Positions 51,673 to 61,233 of a stretch of 64,000 bases of DNA are shown piece after piece. Source of the stretch: Opitutia bacterium (GTDB lineage Bacteria; Verrucomicrobiota; Verrucomicrobiia; Opitutales; Opitutaceae); contig CANJVR010000001.1 of assembly GCA_947478395.1 (NCBI GenBank), positions 768,001 to 832,000 of the forward strand, in the 5' to 3' direction. The position numbers and the translations under genes were made by a program. Below the pieces are notes generated by a model. The model did not search any database. It saw only the letters and a list, made by a program, of their open reading frames with translations, and was not told the origin of the DNA. Position 1 is the first letter of the stretch. The number at the start of each line of letters is the position of its first letter.

Positions 51673-52617
51673 TCAGACTCCCTCGGTCGCGCCGCGCGGG
51701 CTTTTCAGGCCCAGCCCATCGGCGACTGAATCGCACAAATCGACAAATGTCTCTTCGGCGAGAACGAGCCGCCGACCCTTGAGGTGGGCGACGCCCCAGC
51801 GCCGGCGCAGCTTGCGGGGCCCGAGCGGCAGAGCAACGAGCGCGCCGCTCGCGAGTTCCTCTTTTACGATCCACGGCGCGAGCAAACCGGCGCCCAGCCC
51901 GATTTTCACCAACTCCTTGATCGCCTCCATGCTCCCGAGCTCGATGACGTTCAGGAGGGTGATTTTTTCCTCCCGGAAATACTCGGCCACCAGCCGCGAA
52001 GTAAAACTGCTCTTGATATGCATAATCACAGTCTCGTTGGCGATTTGCTCGCGGGACGGACGGGGGAGTTTCGCCCAAGGATGCATCGGGGCGACGAGGA
52101 AACGTACTTCATCCCGGAAAAGAGGCACAAAGATAAACTCCTCCTGCACGCCACAAGCAGGCTCGATGACTAATGCGAGATCGACCTGCCCAGCCCGTAA
52201 CAAGTCGAGCTGGTGACCGTGATCTCCGGGCTCGATCCGGATCTCACACTGCGGAAACCTCTGCCGGAATTCGCGCAGGACCGTCGGCAAAATATGCTGA
52301 CAGGCCGTCTCGCTGGCGCCGACGCGCAGGCGGCTGTGGCCCCACGTGGAAAGATGGTCGAGGCCCACGCGCGCCGCTTCCATCTCGCGCAAGATTTTTT
52401 CCGTGTGACGGAGGAATCGTTCGCCCGATTGCGTCAGCATCACGCGCCGGCCCACGCGATCGACCAGGCGGGTGCCAAGATCGTCCTCCAGCGCCTTAAT
52501 CGCATAACTCACCGCCGACTGCGTCAGAAATAAATCCTTGGCCGCGAGCGTGAAGCTCCCGCGCCGCGCCAGCGCCGCAAACGCATGAAGCTGACGGCTG
52601 TCGAGCGTGGGTTTCAT
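51673..52617 (-). CDS. LysR family transcriptional regulator
   Basis: GSFTLAAKDLFLTQSAVS..IKALE; ATG at 52617. Confidence 0.93.
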   Translation of the reverse strand: MKPTLDSRQLHAFAALARRGSFTLAAKDLFLTQSAVSYAIKALEDDLGTRLVDRVGRRVMLTQSGERFLRHTEKILREMEAARVGLDHLSTWGHSRLRVGASETACQHILPTVLREFRQRFPQCEIRIEPGDHGHQLDLLRAGQVDLALVIEPACGVQEEFIFVPLFRDEVRFLVAPMHPWAKLPRPSREQIANETVIMHIKSSFTSRLVAEYFREEKITLLNVIELGSMEAIKELVKIGLGAGLLAPWIVKEELASGALVALPLGPRKLRRRWGVAHLKGRRLVLAEETFVDLCDSVADGLGLKSPRGATEGV

Positions 52618-52864
52618 GAATGAATCCAGTTGATGGGTCCGGTCGATGTTCGAACTAGCAGCAATTGCGCCACATCCGCCCGCTCGCCCACGGCGCGCTG
52701 CAGGCGCCGTAACCGATCTGGCCGTCTTGCCGCCTTCATCCACCGCGCACGAAATGCAGGTGGTGCGACATTGCGAATCCCTCGCCGCACTGCTCGCCGC
52801 AGCGAAATACCTCAACCTTCCAGTGCGCGCCGTCGTCGGCCTGCACGGAATCACAACGCCGAAC

Positions 52865-52891
52865 CCGGCCGGCAGAGACGCCTGCCGCTAC
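52865..52891. repeat. REP-like half element
   Basis: CCGGCCGGCAGAGACGCCTGCCGCTAC, similar to 39528-39550. Confidence 0.45.
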
Positions 52892-53064
52892 CCAAGTCGG
52901 CCACGGAAAAAGATCAGCCGCTTTAGCCGATCAGCCCCACCCCATCCGCTAAACCTAGACCAAACGTAAATCTATTCTGACGTCGCCCGTCACGACCCGC
53001 CGCGCTGCCTCCCATTCGCTTCTTCGCCGCCTTCAGAAGGACAACCTCGTTTTGAACGCACTCC

Positions 53065-53478
53065 TTAGATGAAATACATTTCGGTGGGATTCTTCGTCGC
53101 GATCTGGTCCAGCGTGTAGCTCTTGGTTTTCTCGACCAATATTTTCCCAATCTCGTCCCACACCTGTTTCAACCGGCGGCCGCTGCGGCCCTCGAAGTTT
53201 CCGCTGAGGTGCAGGCACTCGCCCTCGACGGCCATCAGGACGTCGTAGAGCGAGATTTCGTCTGGGGAACGCGCGATGGCGTATCCGCCGCGATTGCCCC
53301 GGCGGCTCGTGATCAGACCGTGTTCGCGCAAATCGCCCAGAATCTGCGCGAGAAAATTTGCCGGCACGGCCTCCGTGCGGGCGAGTTGTTCGATTTGCGC
53401 CAGTTCGCCCGAACCATGCAGCCGCGCCAGCTCCGCCATAACGCGGCAGGCATAATCGACTTTGACGGAAATCTTCAC
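53065..53478 (-). CDS. Rrf2 family regulator (CymR-like)
   Basis: FLAQILGDL, SRRGNRGGY, ISLYDV; no IscR three-Cys cluster motif; last gene of cysHDN. Confidence 0.9.
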   Translation of the reverse strand: MKISVKVDYACRVMAELARLHGSGELAQIEQLARTEAVPANFLAQILGDLREHGLITSRRGNRGGYAIARSPDEISLYDVLMAVEGECLHLSGNFEGRSGRRLKQVWDEIGKILVEKTKSYTLDQIATKNPTEMYFI

Positions 53479-53509
53479 GGCGACGGTCCGGGGATTTTTC
53501 GCGGCGCGC

Positions 53510-54832
53510 TTAGATCACGAAATCACCGTTCTCCTGCTTCGCGATTTCGCGAGGCGGATTCAACATGCCCGCAGCCACGGTGGCATTGGTGCCCTGCTCG
53601 ATAAGAATAAATGAACCCGTCAGCCGGTTCGTGGCGTAACCGTCGAACACGAGCGGTTTCGCCGCGCGCAGGCGGATTTCACCGATGTCGTTCATCGCGA
53701 GCTCGGCGGGGTCGGGCTCCGTTTCGAGCGTGCTCATGTTGAGCCGGTTCGTGATGCCCGTGACGACGACTTGGACGGTGTGCGTGGTGTGCTTGAGGAA
53801 ATATTTCTTCCCGCGTTGCAGCGCGCGCGGATGCATCCAGCACACCTCCGCCTCCAATTCACTGCTCGAGCCCGGCAATTGATCGGCTGCAATGATCATG
53901 CTACCACGGCTGATGTCGATGTCGTGCTCGAGGACCAGCGTGACCGACTGCGGACAAAACGCCTCGGCGACCGGACCGTCGTAGGTCCAGATTTGTTTTA
54001 CCGTCGTCACGATGCCCGCGGGCAGCGCGATTACTTTTTGTCCCGTGCGGACAATCCCGCCAGCGATCTGGCCGCTAAAACCGCGGAAATCATGGAGCGC
54101 GGGATCGCTCGGATTGTTGGGGCGGTTGACCCACTGCACGGGCAGGCGAAAGCCGTTGAGGTTCCAATCGCTCGCGATGTGCACGGTTTCCAAATGACCG
54201 AGCAGCGTCGGTCCGGAATACCACGGGGTATGCGGTGATGCATCGACAACGTTGTCCCCGTTCAGCGCGCTCAGCGGAATGAACTTCACATCCTTGATGT
54301 CAAAGCGTGGGAGGAACTCCTCGAACTGCGCGCGAATCTCGAGGAAGCGCGCCTCACTCCAGCCCACGAGGTCCATTTTGTTGATGGCCACGACCAAATG
54401 AGGAATGCGCAGCAGGGCGGCGATGGCGGTGTGGCGCCGGCTCTGCTCAATCACGCCGAGCCGGGCATCGACCAATACGATCGCGAGATTCGAGAGCGAC
54501 GCCCCGGTCACCATGTTGCGCGTGTACTGCACGTGGCCCGGCGTGTCCGCGATGATGAACTTGCGGCGCGGCGTCGCAAAGTAACGGTACGCGACGTCGA
54601 TGGTGATGCCCTGTTCGCGCTCGGCGCGAAGGCCATCGGTGAGGTTGGCAAGATTGATCTGACCGCCGCCGGTGATGTCGGCCGAACGCTCGAGGGCCTC
54701 GATTTGGTCCTCCATGAGCGATTTTGAATCGTAGAGCAGACGACCGATCAGCGTGGATTTTCCATCGTCGACGCTGCCGCACGTATTGAGGCGCAGGATA
54801 TCGACGGGAACAGTGGCAGATAAAACAGACAT
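53510..54832 (-). CDS. cysN: Sulfate adenylyltransferase subunit 1 (no fused CysC)
   Basis: CGSVDDGKSTLIGRLL, EREQGITIDVAYRYF, DTPGHVQYTRNM. Confidence 0.96.
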   Translation of the reverse strand: MSVLSATVPVDILRLNTCGSVDDGKSTLIGRLLYDSKSLMEDQIEALERSADITGGGQINLANLTDGLRAEREQGITIDVAYRYFATPRRKFIIADTPGHVQYTRNMVTGASLSNLAIVLVDARLGVIEQSRRHTAIAALLRIPHLVVAINKMDLVGWSEARFLEIRAQFEEFLPRFDIKDVKFIPLSALNGDNVVDASPHTPWYSGPTLLGHLETVHIASDWNLNGFRLPVQWVNRPNNPSDPALHDFRGFSGQIAGGIVRTGQKVIALPAGIVTTVKQIWTYDGPVAEAFCPQSVTLVLEHDIDISRGSMIIAADQLPGSSSELEAEVCWMHPRALQRGKKYFLKHTTHTVQVVVTGITNRLNMSTLETEPDPAELAMNDIGEIRLRAAKPLVFDGYATNRLTGSFILIEQGTNATVAAGMLNPPREIAKQENGDFVI

Positions 54833-54858
54833 AGGAGAACTTCGAGCGTGATACGGGT

Positions 54859-55761
54859 TTAGAAGTAGCCGGCTTTTTTCCGATCTTCCATGGCAGCCTC
54901 GGAGGATTTGTCGTCGGCGCGCGAGCCGCGTTCGGTCACGCGAGCGGCGGCGATTTCGGCAATGATATCGTCCACCGTGGTGGCCGGTGACTCGACGCAG
55001 CCCGTGCTGATGATGTCGCCAATGGTCCGAACCCGCACCACGAGATCGCGGACCTCCTCGGTGGGTTTCGGCGGCACGAGATCATTGACCGGCAGCCACT
55101 GGCCGCCGCGACGCACGCATTTGCGGCGGTGGCTAAAGTAGATGCTGGGGACTTCGAGCTTCTCACGCTTGATGTATTCCCAGACGTCCATCTCGGTCCA
55201 ATTGCTGAGCGGGAAAACGCGCATGTTTTCCCCGGGATTGAGCCGGCCGTTGTAGAGATTCCAGATTTCGGGGCGCTGGTTTTTCGGATCCCACTGGCCG
55301 AAGCTGTCGCGGAAACTGAAGAAGCGCTCCTTCGCGCGCGCCTTTTCCTCGTCGCGCCGGGCACCACCAATGCAGCAGTCGAAACGAAATTCCTCGATGG
55401 CGGCGAGCAGGACCGGGATTTGGAGTCGGTTGCGGCTGATTTCGCCGGACGCGGGTTGAGCGATGCCTTTGGCGATGGCCTCCTCGACGGTGCGAATGAT
55501 GAGTTTTCCGCCCAGTTGTTTTGCCCGCCGATCGCGAAACTCATTGAGTTCGGGAAAGTGGTGGCCGGTGTCGACGTTGAGAAACGGCATCGGCAGGTCC
55601 GAAGGACGGAATGCTTTTTCCGCGAGCCGGAGCAGACAGATTGAATCCTTGCCGCCGGAGAAAAGCAGCGCGGGTCGCTCAAATTCCCCGGCGACTTCAC
55701 GCATGATGTGAATCGCCTCGGTTTCGAGATGCTGGAGATGATCGAGATGGTAGCTGGTCAT
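54859..55761 (-). CDS. cysD: Sulfate adenylyltransferase subunit 2
   Basis: FSGGKDS, GARRDEEKARAKER, WDPKNQRPE, MEDRKKAGYF; ATG at 55761. Confidence 0.96.
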   Translation of the reverse strand: MTSYHLDHLQHLETEAIHIMREVAGEFERPALLFSGGKDSICLLRLAEKAFRPSDLPMPFLNVDTGHHFPELNEFRDRRAKQLGGKLIIRTVEEAIAKGIAQPASGEISRNRLQIPVLLAAIEEFRFDCCIGGARRDEEKARAKERFFSFRDSFGQWDPKNQRPEIWNLYNGRLNPGENMRVFPLSNWTEMDVWEYIKREKLEVPSIYFSHRRKCVRRGGQWLPVNDLVPPKPTEEVRDLVVRVRTIGDIISTGCVESPATTVDDIIAEIAAARVTERGSRADDKSSEAAMEDRKKAGYF

Positions 55762-55810
55762 GGTCGGGGAAAAAGCGGGGCTCACGAAGGAGCGGCCGGC
55801 ATTGGCTGGT

Positions 55811-56467
55811 TTAGGCGTTGACCGCCTTTTTGCCCCATGCGGCGTGCAGCCCGCATTCACGTTTCTCATCGGCTTTGGCCGGATCGAAGTAGTCCCACTC
55901 GTTGGGCAACTGATGTTGCGCCAGGTAAGCGTCGAGATCGGCGTCGCTGCAATAAAAGAGCGGACTGACCTTGAGCGCGCCGAAATTTTCATCGAGTGAA
56001 ACGATGTCGAGACCGGCGCGATTCGGATTCTGCACTTTGCGCAACGCCGTGATCCAAACCGTGGGCGCGAGCTCCTTCATGCCGCGCTGAAAAGGTTCCA
56101 GTTTCATGACCGCACTAAACTTCTTCAGGCCCGCCTCATCCTCGGTCGTGGGAATCGGTCCATAGATCGCGTCCCGATGAGCCGCGGTCATCCTCGGCAG
56201 GTAAGGTTTTAGGTTAAGCTTCAACCGCGCCCGCAATTCTTCGGCCTGCTTGTAAGTCGCCGGACGGTTATACCCGTGATCAACCCACAGCACCGGAATG
56301 TCGGCCTGCCCTTGGACGGCGAGATGGAGAATAGCCGCTTCATACGGCCGAAAATTGGTGGAGACCACGGCCCGACCCCCGGATTGGGCGATCGCCCACC
56401 GGACAATATCGAGAGGAGATTGCCTACGTAATTCAGCGTTCCAAAGGACGAGTTCAGAAGGTGTCAT
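55811..56467 (-). CDS. cysH: PAPS/APS reductase family protein
   Basis: WVDHGY, KLEPF, C-terminal RECGLH; upstream of cysD. Confidence 0.88.
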   Translation of the reverse strand: MTPSELVLWNAELRRQSPLDIVRWAIAQSGGRAVVSTNFRPYEAAILHLAVQGQADIPVLWVDHGYNRPATYKQAEELRARLKLNLKPYLPRMTAAHRDAIYGPIPTTEDEAGLKKFSAVMKLEPFQRGMKELAPTVWITALRKVQNPNRAGLDIVSLDENFGALKVSPLFYCSDADLDAYLAQHQLPNEWDYFDPAKADEKRECGLHAAWGKKAVNA

Positions 56468-56520
56468 GGGAAAGTTTGCAGGGACGGAAAAGGAGAAGGC
56501 TTGCCCCCGCGGATTAGTGC

Positions 56521-56600
56521 GTAAAGTTTAAAAGTACTCATTTCTACTAAAGATGTCATGTTGACATTAAACCCTTCCTTTTCAAACGATTTCCGTTAAG
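56521..56600. promoter_or_regulatory. AT-rich divergent promoter region of the cys regulon with a palindrome
   Basis: ATGTCA-tgt-TGACAT at 56553-56567 overlapping TTGACA. Confidence 0.5.
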
Positions 56601-56616
56601 TAAAGACTGCACGTTT

Positions 56617-57402
56617 ATGAATGGCATAGTCTATCTCGTCGGCGCCGGCCCCGGCGACCCTGAGCTGCTCACCCTCAAAGCCCACCGCCTAATCGGTGCG
56701 GCGGACGCGGTGGTTTACGACTATCTGGTGGCCCCGGCCATTCTCGGGCTCGCTCGGCCGGACGCGGCAAAAATTTTCGTCGGTAAAAAAGGCGGGGGCT
56801 TCTGCTGCCCGCAAACCGACATCGAGGCCATCCTCGTGCGACTCGCCGGTGAGGGCAAAGCGGTGGTACGACTCAAAGGTGGAGATCCCTTTATCTTTGG
56901 CCGCGGTGGCGAGGAAGCGGAAACGTTGGCCGCCGCCGGTATTCCGTTTGAAATCGTGCCTGGCGTGACATCGGCGCTGGCGGCGGCGGCGTACGCGGGA
57001 ATTCCGCTCACCCACCGCACGCACGCGAGTGGCGTGGTCTTTCTCACCGGCCACGAAGATCCCGCGAAACCCGACGCTGCAATTCGCTGGGAGGAATACG
57101 GCCGGCTCGGCGCCACGATCTGCCTCTACATGGGCATGAAAAACCTGGAAACGATCACCCGCCGTCTCCAAGCCGGAGGCCTCGCCCCGCACACACCCGT
57201 CGCGGTCATTCAGTCTGCGACCACCGGCCAGCACCGCCAGCTTCTCTCGACGCTCGAAGCGGTCGCGCTCGAATCCGAACACGCCGGCTTCGGCGCTCCG
57301 GCCATCGTCGTGATCGGCGAAGTCGCCGCTCTCAGCGAGAAACTTGCCTGGTTTCACGCGTCCGACCTTGCCGCGGAAGCCTTGGCCAAGGAGGGCGGAT
57401 GA
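56617..57402 (+). CDS. cobA: Uroporphyrinogen-III C-methyltransferase
   Basis: VGAGPGDPELLT, RLKGGDPFIFGRGGEE, IPLTHR. Confidence 0.95.
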   Translation: MNGIVYLVGAGPGDPELLTLKAHRLIGAADAVVYDYLVAPAILGLARPDAAKIFVGKKGGGFCCPQTDIEAILVRLAGEGKAVVRLKGGDPFIFGRGGEEAETLAAAGIPFEIVPGVTSALAAAAYAGIPLTHRTHASGVVFLTGHEDPAKPDAAIRWEEYGRLGATICLYMGMKNLETITRRLQAGGLAPHTPVAVIQSATTGQHRQLLSTLEAVALESEHAGFGAPAIVVIGEVAALSEKLAWFHASDLAAEALAKEGG

Positions 57403-58280
57403 TCGTCGCGCTCATCGACAACGGCTCACTCGAACCGGCCGCGACCATCAACCTTCGCGCCGTCGCCGCCCGCCTTGCCGCGGACGCCGGCGTGCCTGTC
57501 CATGCGGTTTCCTGGAAGCACAGCGATCGCATCCCGGCCGGCCAGCTCGACGACGAGCCCGCCGCGACGTTGACGCCTTGGATGGAAACCCAGCTCGCCG
57601 CCGGCCAAACTGAGTTTTTATTCGTCCCGTTTTTCATCAGCGCCCAAGGCGCGATCGGCTCAGCACTGCGCCGCGATCTCGAAAAACTCCAGGCCGACTC
57701 CGCGCCGTTCACGTTCACTTTTACTGGCAGTCTGGCCAGCAGCGGCGTGATCCCACGGACGATCGCGGCCCGCGTGCGCGAAACCATTTCCCTCGCGTCG
57801 CTGGAGTTTCCCCGGGTCATCGTGGTCGATCACGGCGGCCCCTCGCTCGCATCCGGGGAACTTCGCAACCGCATCGCCCAGGAAGTCGGCTCGCTCCTCC
57901 TGCCGGAACCGAGCCCCCTTCCGCCGCCGCCCGGCATTGACGGCGCTCAACTCGATCGCCGGCCCACGCAGTGCGTGGTTAACGCCGCATCGATGGAAGG
58001 TGAGGAACACGCCCACAACCATCCCTTGCTCGCGCAACAACTCCGCTCACCGGGATTTTCCTCCGGTGACGTCGTGATCGCATTGCTCTTTCTCTCCCCA
58101 GGCCGCCACGCCGGCCCGGGCGGCGACGTAGCTCAGATCTGCGCCGCCGCGGAAGCCGAGAATCCTGGATTGCAGTGCCATCTCACCGATCTCGTCGGCA
58201 CACACCCACTCGCCCTCGACGCCCTCAGCGCTGCGTTGCAGAACGCCCTTTCCCCTGAATCTTCTTCCCGTCTTCCATGA
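57399..58280 (+). CDS. CbiX/SirB-like sirohydrochlorin chelatase
   Basis: Two CbiX-like halves (DNGS; DHGGP, FLSPGRHAG); located between cobA and cysI. Confidence 0.7.
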   Translation: MIVALIDNGSLEPAATINLRAVAARLAADAGVPVHAVSWKHSDRIPAGQLDDEPAATLTPWMETQLAAGQTEFLFVPFFISAQGAIGSALRRDLEKLQADSAPFTFTFTGSLASSGVIPRTIAARVRETISLASLEFPRVIVVDHGGPSLASGELRNRIAQEVGSLLLPEPSPLPPPPGIDGAQLDRRPTQCVVNAASMEGEEHAHNHPLLAQQLRSPGFSSGDVVIALLFLSPGRHAGPGGDVAQICAAAEAENPGLQCHLTDLVGTHPLALDALSAALQNALSPESSSRLP

Positions 58281-60055
58281 GCATCCCTCCTGAAAAATCG
58301 TCCGCGCCCACACCCGCTGCCAAGCCCCTTTCGAAAAACGAAGGCCTGAAAGCCCAAAGTAATTTCCTGCGGGGCCATATCCTGCGCGATCTCGCCGACC
58401 AGAGCACCGGAACGATCACCGAGGATAGCGCCCAGCTCACGAAATTCCACGGCATCTACGCCCAGGATGATCGCGATCTCCGGAATCAACGCCGCAAGGA
58501 AAACAAAGAAAAAGCCTTCAGTTTCATGGCGCGCATCCGCGTTCCCGGCGGCGTCTGCACGCCCGCCCAATGGCTCGCGCTCGACACCATCGCCGACACC
58601 CACGCCAACGGCACCCTCAAACTCACCACCCGCCAAGCGTTCCAGTTTCACGGCATCCTAAAGGGCGATCTCTGGCGCGCGATCAACGGCGTCAACCTGA
58701 CCCTCCTCGACACGCTGGCGGCGTGCGGCGACGTCAACCGCAACGTGATGTGCAATCCGAATCCCGAGCAGTCCGAGCTGCACGCCGAGGCACTCCGCAT
58801 CACCAAAGCCATTAGCGATCACCTGTCCCCACGTACCCGCGCCTACCATGAACTCTGGGTCGGCGGCGAACTCGTCCGCGGGGGCGAGCCCGAAGCTGAG
58901 CCGCTCTACGGCCCCACCTATCTTCCGCGCAAATTCAAGATCGTCGTCGCCATCCCTCCGAGCAACGACGTCGATATCTACGCCCACGATCTCGGTTTCA
59001 TCGCCATCGCCGATGCCTCCGGCAAAAATCTTTTGGGGTTCAATGTCACCGTCGGCGGCGGCCTCGGGATGTCGCACAACCAGATCGAAACCTACCCGCG
59101 GCTCGCCGATTCACTCGGCTTCTGCACGGTCGCTCAGGCCGTCGACGTCGCGGAAAAAATCATGGTCGTGCAACGCGACTACGGTGATCGCACGGAGCGC
59201 AAACACGCGCGTCTTAAGTACACAATCGCGGACCGCGGCATCGTCTGGTTCCGCGCTGAAGTCGAGCAACGCCTCGGCTACCGCCTCGGTTCCCCGCGCC
59301 CATTCGAGTTTACCCACACGGGAGACCGCTACGGCTGGGTCGAAGGCAAAAACGGCACGAGCCACTTCACGCTTTTCCTGCAGAGCGGCCGGATCAAGAA
59401 CACGCCCGACTACCAGCTGAAGACCGCACTCCGCGAAATCGCCCTCGCCCACACCGGCGACTTCCGCCTGACCGCAAATCAAAATTTGATGATCGCCGGC
59501 ATCACGGCGTCGAATCGCCCGCGCATCGAGGAACTCCTCCGCCAGCACAAGCTCGACACCGCCAACCAAGCCACGGGGCTGAAGCTCAACGCCATGTCCT
59601 GCGTCGCACTTCCCACCTGCGGCCTCGCCCTCGCCGAAAGCGAACGCTACCTGCCCGAACTCGTGCAAAATCTCGAAGCCGAGATTGAAGCCGCCGGTCT
59701 CCGCGACGACGCCATCACCCTGCGCATCACGGGCTGTCCCAACGGTTGCGGGCGCCCGTATCTCGCAGAAATCGGCTTCGTCGGCCGGGCTCCCGGCAAG
59801 TACAACGTCTACCTCGGCGCCGCCTTCAACGGTTCCCGTTTCAACACCCTCTACAAACCGAGCGTGCTCATCGCCGACATCGTGCCGCTCCTTAGTCCGA
59901 TCATCCGTCGCTATGCTCTGGAGCGAAACAAGCACGAGAGCTTTGGCGACTTCGTGCTTCGCGCCGGTTACGTGCAGCACACGGGCACCCCCGCGGATTT
60001 CCATGAGGCCAAGGCCGATAAATCCACCGCGATCGCCGCAACCACGCCTGCCTAA
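58277..60055 (+). CDS. cysI: Sulfite reductase hemoprotein subunit
   Basis: KFHGIYAQDDRD, YLPRKFK, CVALPTC, GCPNGCGRP. Confidence 0.95.
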   Translation: MSIPPEKSSAPTPAAKPLSKNEGLKAQSNFLRGHILRDLADQSTGTITEDSAQLTKFHGIYAQDDRDLRNQRRKENKEKAFSFMARIRVPGGVCTPAQWLALDTIADTHANGTLKLTTRQAFQFHGILKGDLWRAINGVNLTLLDTLAACGDVNRNVMCNPNPEQSELHAEALRITKAISDHLSPRTRAYHELWVGGELVRGGEPEAEPLYGPTYLPRKFKIVVAIPPSNDVDIYAHDLGFIAIADASGKNLLGFNVTVGGGLGMSHNQIETYPRLADSLGFCTVAQAVDVAEKIMVVQRDYGDRTERKHARLKYTIADRGIVWFRAEVEQRLGYRLGSPRPFEFTHTGDRYGWVEGKNGTSHFTLFLQSGRIKNTPDYQLKTALREIALAHTGDFRLTANQNLMIAGITASNRPRIEELLRQHKLDTANQATGLKLNAMSCVALPTCGLALAESERYLPELVQNLEAEIEAAGLRDDAITLRITGCPNGCGRPYLAEIGFVGRAPGKYNVYLGAAFNGSRFNTLYKPSVLIADIVPLLSPIIRRYALERNKHESFGDFVLRAGYVQHTGTPADFHEAKADKSTAIAATTPA

Positions 60056-60067
60056 CCGCCTTTCACT

Positions 60068-60143
60068 GCGCGCGGGGTGCCCTCACCCCGCAAAACGTGG
60101 ATCTGCTAGCGACATCGCTGCAGGGCTAGGGCGCCCCGCCTAC
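60068..60143. repeat. REP-like element (CTAC end)
   Basis: GCGGGGTG-ccct-CACCCCGC ... GGGCTAGGGCGCCCCGCCTAC. Confidence 0.5.
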
Positions 60144-60183
60144 AGTTAATATCCGTCGCACGTTTCCGCCTTACTCTTCGGTT

Positions 60184-60231
60184 AAAAAAAGTTGGCCGGC
60201 CGTGTACCCCTACACGGCCGGCCTTTGCTTT
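60184..60231. terminator. Bidirectional intrinsic terminator
   Basis: A7, then 13-bp stem GGCCGGCCGTGTA/TACACGGCCGGCC, then TTTGCTTT. Confidence 0.75.
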
Positions 60232-60430
60232 CTTACTTACCCCAATCTCCCCACTAGGCGGAGGAGAAATCCGACTCCCCCTGAAGATAGCATAAATCGG
60301 GCAAAGTTCCAGCAACCGCACATTTTTTCCTAAAAAGCGTGCGGGTTGCCCCACCCCCGGTCGGCTCCCCGCCCCCTTTATCCGTAAACTTATTCGTGCG
60401 TTTCATCGGCTAAACGACCAATCATCCGGC

Positions 60431-61201
60431 ATGAAGACCCGTCGCGAAATCGTCCGAAACTGGCTTCCCCGGTACACCGGCGTCCCGCTCAAACAATTTG
60501 GCGAGTACATCCTGCTCACCAATTTTTCCCGCTACGTGCAGCTTTTTGCCCAGTGGCACAAGGTTCCCGTGCAAGGCATCGACAAGCCGATGCAAAGCGC
60601 CACCGCCGGCGATATCACGATCATCAATTTCGGGATGGGCAGCGCCACCGCCGCCACCGTCATGGACTTGCTCAGCGCGATCAAACCGAAGGCCGTGCTG
60701 TTTCTCGGCAAATGCGGCGCCGTGAAACACCGCGCCGAGATCGGCGATCTCATTTTGCCCATCGCCGCGATTCGCGGTGAAGGCACGAGCAATGACTACT
60801 TCCCACCGGAAGTCCCCGCCCTGCCCGCATTCGCTCTCCAAAAGGCGATCTCCACAACCATCCGCGATCACGCCCGCGACTACTGGACCGGTACGATCTA
60901 CACCACGAACCGCCGGGTCTGGGAGCATGACGAGGTGTTCAAAACCTACCTGAAAAAAATCCACGCGATGGCCGTAGACATGGAAACCGCGACGATTTTC
61001 ATGACCGGATTTTTCAACGGAATCCCCACGGGCGCCCTCCTGCTCGTCTCCGATCAACCCATGGTGCCGGAGGGCGTAAAAACCGCCGTCAGCGATAAGA
61101 AAGTCGATACCCACTACGTCGATGCCCACTTGAAAATCGGCATCGATTCGCTGAAGCAACTCCTCAACAAGGGGCTCACCGTGAAGCATCTCAAATTCTG
61201 A
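60431..61201 (+). CDS. amn: AMP nucleosidase (short form)
   Basis: NWLPRYTG, ILLTNF, NFGMGSATAA, TTNRRVWE, VDMETAT, LLVSDQP. Confidence 0.9.
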   Translation: MKTRREIVRNWLPRYTGVPLKQFGEYILLTNFSRYVQLFAQWHKVPVQGIDKPMQSATAGDITIINFGMGSATAATVMDLLSAIKPKAVLFLGKCGAVKHRAEIGDLILPIAAIRGEGTSNDYFPPEVPALPAFALQKAISTTIRDHARDYWTGTIYTTNRRVWEHDEVFKTYLKKIHAMAVDMETATIFMTGFFNGIPTGALLLVSDQPMVPEGVKTAVSDKKVDTHYVDAHLKIGIDSLKQLLNKGLTVKHLKF

Positions 61202-61233
61202 GTTTTCGCCGTAGAATATTCGCCCAAGCCGCC

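Noticed and set aside
52646..52969. Small plus-strand ORF between LysR and Rrf2
   Set aside because: No family match, and it runs through a REP-like element
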